A stretch of DNA of 64,000 nucleotides from Lama glama (Eukaryota), in assembly GCA_028534125.1 (NCBI GenBank), contig CM052817.1, positions 92,940,001 through 93,004,000 on the forward strand, written 5' to 3'. Numbering within the stretch: the stretch's first letter is position 1; each line of letters begins with the position of its first letter. Below are positions 24,551 through 38,254 of this stretch, piece after piece. The notes under the pieces are model-generated. The model worked only from the letters and a program-made list of their open reading frames with translations. It did no database searches and had not been told where the DNA came from. The position numbers were made by a program, and so were the translations under genes.

Positions 24551-27500
24551 AAATTAAATTTTCAACACAAAATGAAATAACACATCTTTATTGTTCAATG
24601 TTCCCATGGACTATCCCAGTTTAGCTTCAGTGGCAAGATGTGTGCTTCCTTTTTTGCATAAATGAGCAAAAATTATGTTCTTATTCAACAACAATTTTTC
24701 AATATTTTAAAATAGAAATATGTCAGCTGTTTCAGGCTGTTAGGGAAGTTTATGTTGGAACGTGCTGCCAGGGACTGTTACAGCAAAGCATCTATCATAT
24801 TTTCTTTGGCTGTAAAATCTAGTGTGATGAATGCATTCTTTTTCAAATTTTCTATAATTGAATTTAATCTGAGCTCTCACTATACCCAGTGTCAGAAAAC
24901 TGAATATGGTCAATTCTGTAAACTCACTCCCTTCAGTGTTTTCTCAGTTATTTCCAGCTCCCCACGCTAGAGGGTATCACTGGCTTGTGGGGCACTGGGC
25001 TACGCCTGCTGTGTGGATTCCCCACCATGTAACATGTCCTGTGGGGTCTTTTGCTATTGACATTCATTCTTGTACCTGAGTAGTCTTCATCAGAAAGGAA
25101 GACATGGGGTCTCCACCCCCCAACTTCTCTGGTCTTGGAGGTCCAACCTCATCTTGGGACTTATCATGGCTAATACCTACCTGGTTTGTGTTCAGGGAAG
25201 GGTGTGGATGCCCGGCCCTTCTCAGAGACTTACCAGCATTTAATCTCTCTTCATGTCCTCCTTTCTTAAATCTTCCCTATCTTAGGTTAGGCAACATTTA
25301 TCTAATATTGGGAGTGGAGATAAGAATAAACTGGTGCTTAATCTCTCTTATTTTTAGTCATGTTTTGATGTAGATTTCTCAGAGGACACAACCTGACACA
25401 GGTCGGTAGCTTGTATAGTCCTTGAAAACCACTGGTTTAAGGCACAGAACCCTGGTTTCCCAATAAAGAGTCTTGGGAAAGGTCAAGATGTAAACCAAGG
25501 CATAAACTGTGCTTTCGTGATTGAAGTCAGTCTGGGTTTCTGAGAGCTGGATAGATTCTGAGGAGGTGGAAGACTAGACTCCGTGGAAGAGTTGGAAATC
25601 ATGGTGCATGAAGAAAATGTGAAGAGAAACCACAGACCTTTCCTAGTCCATTTTAGGCTGTAATGTGTTCTGTACTCTGTAAGAGTAAGCAATTTGAGTC
25701 CTGACTGTTCTAATATGCCTGTCATTGGGAGGTCAAACAACATTGGCCCTTGGATGGAAACATGTGCCTAACAGTGAACTTGAATTGTTGCTTCCCTTCT
25801 CATGTAACGGGCAAGAGGAAGAGTTTGCTTTCAAGCTTCCCGGGACTATTGCAAATAAATGACAGAATAATTGGAATATCTGGTAATATCTGAATAGTAA
25901 GGTATAATATCTAATGAGTCACACCATCCCATTCTTGAGGATGGGGATTTTTCATTCCTATGAGAAATAAATCACTAATTTAATTTGATTCGGTGTAAGT
26001 TTCATGACTTATAGAATGTATATTTCTCCATGTGAAGACCTATAAAATCTATACATCTAACCTCCTTCCTTCTTATTTTGAAATGCCCAGAGCTTGTTCT
26101 AGTTAGGTAGGATGATTCAAGACCCAAAGCCAATTATTTTGGCAGCGTGGTGCTGAGAGCAGGGACCCCGCTGCCAGGATGATCACCACCTGGGATCAGG
26201 AGGCTCCTGAATTGTTTTGTTGTGCCAAAACCCAGCATTTGGAGAGCTGTGGACGTTAAAAGATAGCTTGGAACTAAAGAAAGTGGGTTTCTCTTAAGCT
26301 CTGATTAGGGAATGTAAGATCATAGACCCAGGCTCCAAATAAAGGGTTTATTCAAGCAGAAGGCATGGATAGTGACAGCTCGCATCTTAGGACTATGCAG
26401 CTGCACCTGTGAGAACTGACCACACACAACAGAAACTGTCTCCTCGTGCTATCCCTCCCTCTGCTCCTCCTCCCTCCCTCCTTCTTTCCTTTCTTTTTTT
26501 GGAAGGACCTAATCAGACAGGCCAGGGCTGGGATATTGTCTCTGCTGTTTGTGACTGATGTGGCTTTAGACCAATGATGTAATCTACATGCTTCAGTACC
26601 TTCTCCTTAGTGCAGATAATAAAACATGTTTGCAAGGTCAGTGCGGGAATACTTGAGAAAAGATCTCTTCAGGGGGACACTGTGAACTTGGCCAGCTGGG
26701 ATTTATGTTTACATAGTACTTTGTTGTACTCTATGGTGGCTGGGTTTTTAAAAATAAAGATTTCTTTTGGTGTGCTGTGGCTAGTGTGCTTTGAGCAGAG
26801 GGCTGCTGTAAGTCTTAACAGACAACTCCAGGGAAGGGATTCTCTGCAGAAGCCCTGGGCTAGTGGAAGCTGGCTTCACACCATGAGGCCTTCTAGTAAT
26901 TTCATTGCTTTGCTGGAATATGGCTGAAGACTTAAAGGGTCCATGGCTTTGGAAAAGTCGAAGATGGTAAAAAAAAAAAAAAAAAAAGAGTCTCAAATGA
27001 TTTAAGCCTTTTAGTTGCAGAGTTCATTCCTTTTTGAGGATTTATATTTTACCACCCAGGCTCTTCTGCCTCTGGTGCCAGTCTTCTCAATTTCCTCCTC
27101 ATGCCTGCGAGGCTTTGTGAAGGATGCTAGTACTGGCCTCTACTTACAAGAACTGTATGAAATGACTGGGTCGGAGGCACAAAGCTGGTTACCTTGATTC
27201 TGATCTCCCACTTATTTGTCCTGTGACTTTGATTTCTTCAGAATGCTGGTGAGGAAACTGAGTCCAGCCAGAGGTCTTATGGCTTATAAATAGAGATGCC
27301 CACTTGAACCCAGGCCTATTGACTTAAACTTGGGTGATCTTCCCAGAGTATCATACATAGATTGTTACTTTGCCTTCTGGTACTTGGTCTCCCAGGCTCT
27401 TTTCTGTCTACTTATGTCCTGGCCTCTGCTTTATTCCTCATTCTCATTCTTCAGGCATGTTGTGATTGATTGCTTATCGTTTTGTCCTTTAATACCTGTT

Positions 27501-29557
27501 GGCCCCTTAAGACTGGCTTTAGTTTTCCTGCTAAAGTCCATTACACTGTTATCAAAATCTGCTGTGGACATAGCCCTCCACCCTCCAGCTGCCCATGTTC
27601 TAAGGCATAGTAGGTCTGCACCTTGTGCAACATTTGGAAATCTTTTTTGGATTCTTAGATGCAACACTGAATTTCTTTTTAACAACACATCTCTCTGTAT
27701 AATTTTGATTAATTTTATAATTTTAAAAGTCACTGCAAATTAACATTTGCCACAAGTTCAAAATTGGAGAGAAATAATGTCAAGTTTAAGTAAGGGTCTG
27801 AAATTTACTTAAAGAATTTGGATTTGACTTTCTAATAGAATATGAGTCACTTCCCAAACATATTTTGTTATAGGGAGAATTTTCTGTATATTTGACTGTA
27901 TGAATTTATATTTGCTTTGTATTTACTTTAGTCTTATAAGATGGACAGCAGCAGGAACATGAGCCTTATCAGTGCAAACACTGAACCTATACACACTTTT
28001 TAAAAGCTGTCTGAAAATCTGAGTAGAAGACTCAGATCATATTATAAAAATTCTGTTCCTTTCCCCAAATCAACTACTAACTTAAAAAGAAACAAACAAA
28101 CATAGAAAGCCGATTGTCCCATCACACTTTACATTGAAGAGGAATAAAAAAAAAAACATTTTCGACAATGCCATAAAAATAGTTCAGAATAAGATATTGA
28201 ATAGAATTTTAATGAAAAATAAAATTTAGACAAAATATGATTTGAACAAAAAAGGGAGAAAGAAATCAGCCTATAAGAGAAGGACAACTGTAGATTTAAA
28301 ATAACCAAAACTAAATATTTGTCTGTTGCTCTTTTCAAATTGCAAATGGAGATTACAGGGTGTTTTGTATTTTAAATGGAATTATTTTTCTAACTACCAA
28401 TTGCTTTATGACTATGGACTGTCAAACAGAGCCTGTTAATGGAATCCAGTCAGATCAAAGGAATTTCAAAGGACTCTCTAAAAAGCACAAATGCCACCAG
28501 CAAAATGCCAATTTGGATTTGTCCTTTTATGCAGTTGGAAGAAAGCAACAAGTATGATGTTTAAATTTTAGTGTTTTGATATGCACCCAGCTTCTGTTTG
28601 GGTTTATTGCATTTTTCTAACACTAAGTGAACTTCTAAATTTCATAACCTGTAGCAAGTGCCCGTCACCTCTTACTGAGAACTTTCTCAGTGTGGAATGC
28701 AATTAATTATTGGTCTATGGGGAAGAACTTGCGAGAAGACACCAAGTCTGTACCATCTGCCCAGGTGGCCAGTAGGGGAGGGAGAAGGAGAGGCAGAGAG
28801 GCAGGAGAAAGCTGCCTCACAGAGTTGCTTGTTTTACCCTGGAAGCTGCAAATGGATTCCGAGGCATTTCTGAGACAAGTTTTCCAAAACCCTTTGTTCC
28901 GGCAGTGATGTTTATATTCTGCTGCAATCGCTAGATGTTATAATCAAGAAATTCAAAACGCATGAACATTGAAAATTCATTAATTATTGGTTTGCTTCAA
29001 CATCCCTTCCAGATCATGTAAAATGTACATTCTGACCACAGATTCTATGAGAAGCTGGCTCATAGAAATGATTCAAGCTTGTGAAGAATGGACATGGTCA
29101 TCTAAATTACTTGAAACAAGTGAAAGGAAAACCCAAATAAATTAATGAAGATTTTTGTTTTCAAGTGAATAAGAGTTTTTTTTTCCAGCCCGTATTGATA
29201 GGATATTTTGTTCAAGTCATTAAAAGGGAAATAATTGCACAAATCTCCTTTCAAAAGGAAACTGTAGGTTTTAGTTTTTAGAATGAAGCTAAAGACTATC
29301 AGAAATTTAATAAAAAATTATAAAATGGGCCAAAAGAGGTTGAAGAATGATAATGTTAAAGCCTTTCCTAAATATTGTGGATCTTCTTCCTAAAGTGATG
29401 CTCCAAGTTCCTGTCATCTAAATCACCAGTTGTAACGTGTATACGTTTAAGTGTACAACAGAGATCTCCGCTGACTCAAACTAGATTCACTGGTAACAGC
29501 TTTACCAGGTCTGCAGAGGAAGGTATAAGTGCCTGGGGTTTGTCTAGTAAGCCTAGG

Positions 29558-29780
29558 CAGTGATTCTCAACCTGACAGCTTTTGCCCCTCAGGATACATT
29601 TGGTAAAAACATCTGCAGCCATTTTTGGACGTCAAAGCTGGGGATGGGGGTGGGTACTGTTTACATCTAGTGGGTAGAGGAAGGGATGCTGTTCAACATC
29701 CTACAGTGCACAGGACGGGCCCTTACAATGTAGAATTATCCAGTCCAAAGAGTGAAGAGTGCAGAGACTAAGAAACCCTG
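29558..29780 (+). mobile_element. MER20 (hAT-Charlie), full length
   Basis: cagtgattctcaacc...catctagtgggtagagg...gggatgctg...catcctacagtgcacaggac...gaattatccag...agaaaccctg. Confidence 0.9.
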
Positions 29781-30043
29781 GCCCAGACCCAAGCTTGATA
29801 GTGAAACTAATGAGAATAGGTATAAAATAAAAAATAATGAAAGCTAGTTTTCAAGAATGGGATAAAACCACCACCATAATGAAAATGTAGAGACTATAGG
29901 AAATAGAGTTACTATCCATATGGCATAAATGCACACGTGTTTACTCTGTATCTTAATTCATAGCGTTCCAGCACATATTGGTGCTTCTACAAAAACTTTA
30001 ATAATAGTGGTACTTCTGAATTTTTAACAAAAGGTGAGCTTTT

Positions 30044-30189
30044 GAAAATTTTTTATTTTATTTTTTATTTTTTGGTGGGAGAGGTAATTAGGTTTACTTT
30101 TTTATTTTTAGAGGAGGTACTGGGAATTGAACCCAGGACCTTGTGCATGCTAAGCGTGTGCTCTACCACTTGATCTATATTCTCCCCAC
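30044..30189 (-). mobile_element. tRNA-derived SINE (Vic-1 type) with TSD
   Basis: Antisense 'ggaggtactgggaattgaacccaggaccttgtgcatgctaagc...ctctaccact'; 13-bp TSD aaggtgagctttt (30031-30043, 30190-30202). Confidence 0.92.
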
Positions 30190-30297
30190 AAGGTGAGCTT
30201 TTTGATGGGGGAAAAGAAACATTTTATTCTTATTCTATGTAAAGAATATTTATTCTTGTAAAAGCAGCAGAATGTGACTAAAATGGGCATTGTTTTT

Positions 30298-30520
30298 TGA
30301 GTGGTTCAAATAACAAACCTTTATTTTCTCACGGTTCTAGAGACTAGAAGTCAGAGATCAGGATGTTAGCAGGGTTGATTTCTTCCAAGGTTTCCTTCCC
30401 AGGCTTTTTGATAAATGTCTTCTCCCCGTGTTTTCATGTGGTTTTCCCTCTGTATACATCAGTGCCCTGATTTCTTCTTTCTATAATCACAGCAGTCATA
30501 TTGGATTAGGGAAGACCCTA
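30298..30520 (-). mobile_element. MLT1B/C MaLR LTR fragment
   Basis: 'tttattttctcacggttctagagactagaagtcagagatcagg...cagtcatattggattaggg'. Confidence 0.8.
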
Positions 30521-31669
30521 ATTGAACTAAAATGGGTATTTCAATCTGTACATCTGGCAATTGACTTTGGCTTGGCTTAATAACAGAATTTTTAGATCCT
30601 TGATATGTTTGGGAGTGAGAAATTACAAAAATGTGTTTAAAGAATTCTTTAAATGGATAGAAAACTATTGGCATCACTCTGAAAATTTTCAAAAGAAAAA
30701 TTATTTAGACTTTCAAAAAATAAAGCCAATAAAATAGATTCTCCCAAGAAACACATTATCTGCATGATTTAATAGAGAAGTTTGGCCCTAGGATGCAGTT
30801 GATGTTCCCTGGAAATGTATTTGCTTATTACCTAAGGACGTGAGAGGCTAAATTTCTAGCTGCTACTGACAATACTTTATAGTAGAGACAAAGATTATTG
30901 ATATTCTTCATGCAGTGGGGGAAGAATATAATCACCATTGTCCACTCTGAGTTACTAAATAAGAATGTCTGAATTAAAGATCTGTTGGCAGCAGAGCTGT
31001 TCTTTGGCCTTTATGTATTTCAATCAGTCTATTTCTTTTGTATTGAAAATTCGTTAAGGCTCCCATCAGCATTCCAAGAATCATCTGCATTTTTTGCAGA
31101 AACTCTCAAGAATTAGATATTATGTGTGAAAACATCTTATTCTGGAGGTGAAAAGTCTGATCAAGAGATGACTAGTATATTTGACAGTAAGCAATGTTGG
31201 CTTAATTTAACATTTATGTACAGCCATTAGAATGAAAAATAATCTATATGGCATTCAGAATATTTTAAAAATATGCTAGGAATCTACTCTCCTTCAATGC
31301 CCTCACTGGCCTTACCTGCCATGGATTACTGATCTGTGACTTTTTGGCACAGGAATAACCTTGTTGTCTGTAATCTTTGTGTTCTCTGCCCACTTGCAAA
31401 TTATTGATTCCATGCTTCTCACTGAGGACCATGCACAGGGTTCCAGCTCATCTCTCATCTCTAGCGGAAGGCAGTGGATATGGAAGATGGCACCTCTGTA
31501 ATATGGCAGGGAGACCCCAGAGCTTGTAAAAGAACAGTGAGCTTCCATGAAGGGTGTCCTACCACAATGGTAGCGATCAGTCCCCTTTTAGGTACTAGTC
31601 CCTTCACACCTGAGGAGGCTTATTATACAGGTATTCCTTTTAGCACACGGTGATTAAAATGCAAATGTT

Positions 31670-31818
31670 TGAAAGGAACAAAGAAGAAATACCAAATCAA
31701 CTGCAAAAACAAGTTCAAAATGGCAATAAACACACATCTGTCATTAATTACTGTAAATGTTAATGGACTAAATGCTCCAATCAAAAGACGTAGAGTGGCA
31801 GACTGGATAGTAAAGCAC
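31670..31818 (+). mobile_element. Isolated L1 fragment covering the ORF2 (endonuclease) start
   Basis: ATG at 31720 reads MAINTHLSLITVNVNGLNAPIKRRRVADWIVK (L1 APE endonuclease N-terminus). Flanked by aatgcaaatgtt / aatacaaatgtt. Confidence 0.9.
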
Positions 31819-32979
31819 AATACAAATGTTATTCTTACGAACTGAGGCTTAGGACAGTGCATTTTTGCATTTGTGGCCAAATGTCCAGCTTCTCTTTGAT
31901 TGAAGCAAGTTAGCTCATTTGAACAATTTGAGAGTAAGTGGTTAGTGAAGCAGGAAAGGAATTAAATATTCTTGGTGGCCCTTTAAAGTTAGTACTCAGA
32001 AGCCTCAAATTAAGCTCAGGATACAAATCATCAAGACATCCATCATTCACATTTCTCTTGATACTTCTTATATAGAAAGATCAGAAAAACTGTTCACACG
32101 TCTGATCTGAGAGCTATATAATAAATAAATCACAAGTTTGGTAAAAACAAAACTCCCAAATAACAAAATTAAGTTGTGAAACTGAAAATCATAATTCAAG
32201 GTGAATCTTACGCATTGAAAAATGTGATTGATTATTCTCAAGATGCCTGCCTAGTGACTTAGTGTTTTGAGAATCCCATTACATTGGCTAGAATAAAAAT
32301 GGCTGTACCTGGGGCTTCATAAGGAATGGTTTCTGTGCTCTTGGGCCTGAGCAGTAGATCAATGTTGAGAGATTTGAAGCTGCCGTTTAGCCTGCACCTT
32401 ATTTTAGGCTGCAGTTTAGCAGCATGTAAGAGACCATTGAATCATCAGTATGTGCAAACAAATAAGCAGAAACTCATTCTTTTTCATGATCAAAGAAATA
32501 AACAAGAGTGGTACTAATTATCTGGCTAAAATAAATTATAATAAATGCAAACTCATTACTGTTGAAATTGCCGCATGCATAGCAGAAGGTACATTTATTG
32601 AAGTCAGCATGCTTAATTACATTTGGAGTAATAAAGAGAGTAGGCATGAAGTCCAGTGTCTCTTGAGCCTAAACATTAATTTTGATCTAATTTTCTTTTC
32701 CTTGATGTTGAGAAAATGAAAAGGCAAATAAAATTAAGAGACCAACCTTAACTTCATTAGTTTTGTTAACAGGGGATTATAAACTGCTTGTACCATGTGT
32801 ATTCCACATTGTGATCCAAGGAAAGGTCGCTTGATTTAAAAGCCAGTAATGTTATTATAAGAATAAAGGTAGCCATATGGCCTTTCTGATTCTGCAAGAG
32901 TACAGGATACATATGTAATGCTGAAGAGTCACAGTGAAAAGGATAGAAGGTACATGAAATTTTAACACTGGAAGGAAAG

Positions 32980-33394
32980 TGTCTTAGTTGCTTGGGCAGC
33001 TATAACAGAATGTAGACTGAGTAACTTAAACAACATTTATCTCTGATGGCTGTGGAGGGATGTCCAAGGTCAAAGTAGCAGTACATTTGGTTCCTGGTAA
33101 AGACCCATTTTCTGGCTTGTAGACAGCTGCCTTCTTAGTGTGTGCTTATATGGACTTTCCTGGGTGCTTGCCCATGGAGAGACAGAGAGGTAGAAATCGA
33201 GATGGAAATCGAGATAGAGACAGAGAGATCTTCCTCTTCTTATAAGGACACTAATTCCATCATGAGGATATCCCTTCAAGATCTAATATAAACTTCATTG
33301 TCTCTCAAAGGCTGTACCTCTAAATGCAGTCACATTGGAGGTTAGGGCTTCAGCATGTGAATTTTGGGGTGACATAAACATTCAGTCCGTAACA
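32980..33394 (-). mobile_element. MLT1A-type MaLR LTR
   Basis: tgtcttagttgcttgggcagctataacagaa ... ttttggggtgacataaacattcagtccgtaaca; TG...CA termini. Confidence 0.88.
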
Positions 33395-33534
33395 GAGAAT
33401 CTATTCTTATGACACTTAGGCTTTTGTCCCAGGACTTTACTTTTTTAAATCTCTCTCTTACTCAAGCTATGTCCAGGTTTTTATTTATTTATTTTGCTTT
33501 ACAGTGTTGCATATTTGCTGTCAGCACTGGGTTT

Positions 33535-33556
33535 TGTGTGTGTGTGTGTGTGTGTG
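33535..33556. repeat. (TG)n microsatellite
   Basis: About 11 TG units. Confidence 0.95.
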
Positions 33557-33859
33557 ATCATGCTTAGCCTTTCAGATGTGGTTTACCCACTAAAACATGA
33601 AAACTCCAACTCAGACTTCTTCACAGCACACAGCACAATGCTGGACAAATAGGTATATCGTTGGGTAAATAACTGTCAGATGAGTAAGTGAAGAGCAGAA
33701 TCCTGGGTGTGCCTTGTGGCAGAAGGCTCTGGCTAGAATGGTGTTTCACCCACTGAGAAGGAGAAAACAGCTTGATCAGATAATTGTGCCGCTAGTTGTC
33801 CTTGTCTTACTGCTTGGCTGTTAGAGATCGAGGCTCTGATTCAGATGAGAGTACAGATT

Positions 33860-34080
33860 CAGATGCCCCTTGAACAATATGTTTGAACTGCATGGGTCCA
33901 CTTATACACAGATTTTTTTCTCACTTGGTACATACTGTATAGCACTACATGATCTGTGGTTGGTTGAAACCGCAGATGTGGAACCTCAGATATAGGAATC
34001 AAACTACCAACTTAGTCACAGACTTTTGACTGTGCAAGGGTTCAGCATCCCTAACCCCCACACTGTTCAAGAGTCAACGA
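33860..34080 (+). mobile_element. MER8/Tigger2-family DNA transposon
   Basis: cagatgccccttgaacaa...tttgaactgcatgggtccacttatacacagattttttt ... tgttcaagagtcaac (inverted ends). Confidence 0.82.
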
Positions 34081-34852
34081 TATTAATTTAGAAAAACCTA
34101 CCTAACACTTCTTAGAAGATACAGGACTACTGTGTCTCTTGGAATCACTCTATTTGATCCACATTTCCCACAGCTTCATCCTTGGGGCCATAATGATTTA
34201 GCTTCAGGGAGAATACAGTTTCTGTTGCTTTTCATCAGGAGGATATTCAACTTTTAAAAATTGTGTTATCCATTGTAACTGTCTCACTATGGTAATCATA
34301 GGGCTCTGGAAAGAGCGGTACTGGTAAGCACTTCAGTATATTATCTAATTTTTAACACTTTCGGTTCATGAAATAAGAGAGGTAGATAAGCATTCAGAAA
34401 AGAAAGGAATGCAATCTCTAATGGAGCAATAGCAAAATGTTACGTTGAAAAATGTCAAAAGTAAAGCTAAAACTAGTATGTTTATCCTATGCCAATACAC
34501 TGAAGGAGGCCTTTGTAAAGTCCTAGAGGAAATCTAACTGAGCTAGATGTTTGGCTCTGATCCCATTTTGGCCTGAAAGGTGCTGTCAGAAAGTAGGGAA
34601 AGAGACTGATCCTTCCTCGTGTGTAAAATGAAGATGTTGGACAGCATAACTCCCTAAGGTCTGATATTATATATATCAAGGAGAAGAAGTTAATATGTTG
34701 GGTGATTAATTAGAGGTTTTTCTGCTCCATCTGTCTTTATATTGATTATTATATGACTTCCTGGCAACCTGGTAGTTTTCTGGTAGTTTTACAGCAGAGG
34801 TCTAAAGACACTTAAGTGGAGCCCAGATAAGATCTGTTTCAGTTGGGTTAGT

Positions 34853-34940
34853 CCAATGGTTTTCAACTGGAGACAAGTTTTCCCCTCAGGCCCCAATCCT
34901 CAGAGAGACATTTGACAGTGTCTGCAGACATTCCTGGAAC
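34853..34940 (+). mobile_element. MER20 5' fragment
   Basis: 'caatggttttcaactgg...gagacatttgacagtgtctgcagacatt'. Confidence 0.6.
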
Positions 34941-34969
34941 CATATGAGAGTAAGTTGCTTACTTAATGC

Positions 34970-35723
34970 CCCATCAATTTCAAGTATTTGATAGGTATTT
35001 CCTAAAAAACAAGGACTTTCTCTTACATAGATGCACTGCGATGATCGAGATTGGGAAATTAACATCATTACATTACAACTCATTTGCCTGTTGACCAATA
35101 CTGTCTTTTGTAGCAAAAGGATCTTGGTCAGAATCACCTGTTGTATTGAGTTGTCATGTCTCTTTAGTTTCTGTCAATCTAAGGCAGTTCTCTTCAGTCT
35201 TTCCTTGATTTTATAACTGGCACTTTTGAAGATTACAGGCTGGTTTACTTTTTAGAATGTTTCTCAATTTGGGTTTGTGTGGTGTTGCTTTATGATTAGA
35301 TTAGAGTTATGCATCTTTGGCAGGACTAGCACAGAAATGGTGCTGTATTCCTTTTCCTGGCATCTTTTCAGGCAGTGCCTGGTTTTGCTTCCTTCCGTCA
35401 CTGATGATGTTTGCTTTGACCACTTGATAAAGGTGATGCTTTCACAGTTACTCACCATAAAATATTTTGTGGGGAAGTACTTTGCAACTGTAAATATCTC
35501 ATTGTTTGTCAGATTTTCAATTTATTCATTTGAATATGTGTGAACTTTGGTATCATATTTTATCAATAGGTTATAATCCATTATTATCATTATTTATTTT
35601 TACACACAATTGGTCCCTGATTGGCCAGTGGGCACCCAGTCAAGTTGTCTTTTGTATTTTTTTGGTATATCCCTGTCATTCTTTGAGCCCTTCCTTGTTT
35701 CTTGGCACAAGATGTCCTAGGCT
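34970..35723 (-). mobile_element. L1MC4/5-type 3' end
   Basis: 'tatttcctaaaaaacaaggactttctcttacata', 'ttagaatgtttctcaatttgggtttgt...atgattagattagagttatgcatctttggcagga'. Confidence 0.8.
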
Positions 35724-36122
35724 TCTATGGACTGAACTGTGTCCCCCCAGAATTCATATGTTAAAGTCCTAGCCCCCATTGTGTTGGTATGTGGAGGTGG
35801 GTCTCTGGGAGAGAATTAAATTTAAATGAGGTCATGAGGGTGGGGTCCCCGTGATAGGATTAGTGGATTTATAAAAAGAGACCAGTGAGCTCTCTTGCAC
35901 TCTGCCTCTCTCTCTGCCATCTGAAGACATAAGATAGCCATCTGCAAAGCAGAAAGAGAGCTCTCACCAGGACCCGGATTTGAATTGCCTGGCACTCAGA
36001 TCAGGGCCTGGATTGGATCTGCCTGGCACTCCCAGACTCCAGAACTGTGAAAAATAAAATTCCCTTGTTTAAACCACCCGGCCTATGGCGTTTCGTTAAG
36101 GCAGCCCGAAGGGACCAAGACA
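35724..36122 (+). mobile_element. MLT1A-type MaLR LTR nested in L1MC
   Basis: 'ctatggactgaactgtgtccccccagaattcatatgttaaagtcct...ccagaactgtgaaaaataaa...gcagcccgaagggaccaagaca'. Confidence 0.88.
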
Positions 36123-37889
36123 CAGGTCCATGTCGTGTTTTTCCCTGTTGCAGGTCTTGAACCCAATGCCTATCCCCTCAGCCGTTCAGAATCCTGCACA
36201 ACAGTGCTCTTTTTGTTTCCCTGGAAAGCACTTCCTGCTTTGGGCTTTTTGCCCCATATTTGAAAATCCATTTCATTTCCACAGGGTTCTAATTTCTGTC
36301 CTCTGCATCTCTATGAACAGAAAGCCACATGAACCTCGTTAATGTCTTGTGATGCTCTAACACTTTTCCATGTCAGTTTTTAATCCTCGCAGTATCTCTC
36401 TTGCGGCTCCGTGTTGGAAGCATGAGTTTTGGCTGGGGCTCTAGGCAGTGCACTTGTGTGGCTGACTGGCTGGCTGGCAGGTACGCGAGCCTCGGGGCAG
36501 ACGGCTCTCCTGGTCCCCCATGGCCCCGTGGGGCTGAGCAGCCCTGCTGGGTGTGAGGCTGGCCCTGGCTTTCACAGCTGAAGGAGAACAGAAGGACAGG
36601 CTTAGGAACACAGGTACCAGGCCAACCGAATTAAAAAGCATTGAGTCTAGCTTCTCCTTCGCTCACTGCTGTTTCCAGTTAGATATTTCATTTGGGCTCC
36701 AGTGTGAAATACCCTTGGGATGGTAGTGGGCGGGGGGGTTGGAGATCATTTTCTGCTTTGGTTCTCTTCCATACAGTTTTTCTCCCGAATTTCCTCTTGA
36801 TCAGCCTTGTCACTTGCTGTAATACCAATCTACGTTAAATACAGCAGAAGCACTTTGAGACAGGGAGAGGGATGTCAAAACCTGTGAGTAACCTTATCGT
36901 TAAGGATCAACGGCCATTCATTGTGTATACGTGGATTTTCTTTGTTTTTACTTACATAAATATATATTTTTCAGCATGCTTTAAGAAGTCAGGGACAACC
37001 ATGTGAACATTTTTTTTTTTGGCCTTGGGGCTTTTAAACACAAATAATCATTAAAAGCAGTCTCCAAATTCACTGGGGAATTCCTTTGTAAAATGTATTT
37101 GTTATAGTCCAGTGGAAATCACGGGCGGAAAATGGTTTGTCTGGCAGGATTTATTATAGGTTGTTACACAGAGCTACTCTACTTCACATGGATTTCCTTG
37201 CTGATTTAAATCTCAGAATTGAAAGTGACAGAGGCAGTGGCCAAGCGGTCCTAAAACAGGATGTGAGATCCCCAGAGATGACATCCTAGACTCCCCTTCA
37301 CCAGCCTGCCCGAGGCCCCCAGTCTCCCAGCCTGAAGATATGGATTCTGAAAAACACTTAAAAGATATTAAAAAAATATATTCCCTGGGACAGAGGTTGG
37401 AATAAGGATATAATAATAATTCATGTTTTATTATTAGTATTATAGTAGATTCATTTTCTTCATTTCAATGATGGAACTGGGAATTGGTGATTGGGGGAGC
37501 GGTCAGGGAAAGGATGTAAGTAAGAAAGTGGCAACTTTTTCCCACAGGGTGGTGACCTGCTTAGGCAAAGATATATTTGCCAGGTGCCCAAGTAGGGGAC
37601 TCTGCATAGTATAAAGTCACTGGGCATCTGTTGAAAAAGGAGAGGAACGGAGTGGACTGGGGGACAAAGTTAATGACCTCACAGCATAGCAGAGAGAAGA
37701 TCATGTTAACATGGCCAGTGAATAAAGTGTGAGGTTCTCCTAAAAGCCAAAGATGTTAGCAGTTTCTGGAGAGCACAGCAGACGCCTTGCTTTTGTGCTG
37801 CCTGCAAAGACAGCTTATACTATTTGCAGTCTCTCTCTGTGGCCGTTCAATTTTGTTACATTTGTGTGACGGTGTAGCTACAATTTAAT

Positions 37890-38085
37890 TAATTACTATT
37901 TATCAGGCACCATACAAACAGATGACATATTCTCATTTAATCCACTTAACATTCCCATGAAGTAGGTGTTATCACCCACACATCCCCATTTTATAGGTGA
38001 AGAATCTGATCTTAGAGGGTGAAATGAAATGATCAGCTCGAATTAGCAGAGTAGAGCCAGGATTTGACCCAGGTCTGTGTGATCA
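37890..38085 (-). mobile_element. MIR SINE
   Basis: 'tctcatttaatcc...ccatgaagtaggtg...ccccattttataggtgaagaatctga...agagccaggatttgacccaggtctgt'. Confidence 0.8.
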
Positions 38086-38254
38086 TCAAGGGCCATACTT
38101 TATTTCATGGAGGTTGTATTAAGTAGTGCCTCCAACTGTGGCTCCACCATTTTTTTAAGGTCACAGACCATGGCTATTGAAGAGTTTGCCTCTTTAGACA
38201 TTCTGGACTATGATGTTAACCTTATAAGCACTAAATTCTAACTAACTGGGACAA

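Noticed and set aside
7327..36943. Identical 16-mer tacgtggattttcttt (HRE core) at 7327 and 36928
   Set aside because: About one 16-mer match is expected by chance in 64 kb of AT-rich DNA, and the flanks do not align.
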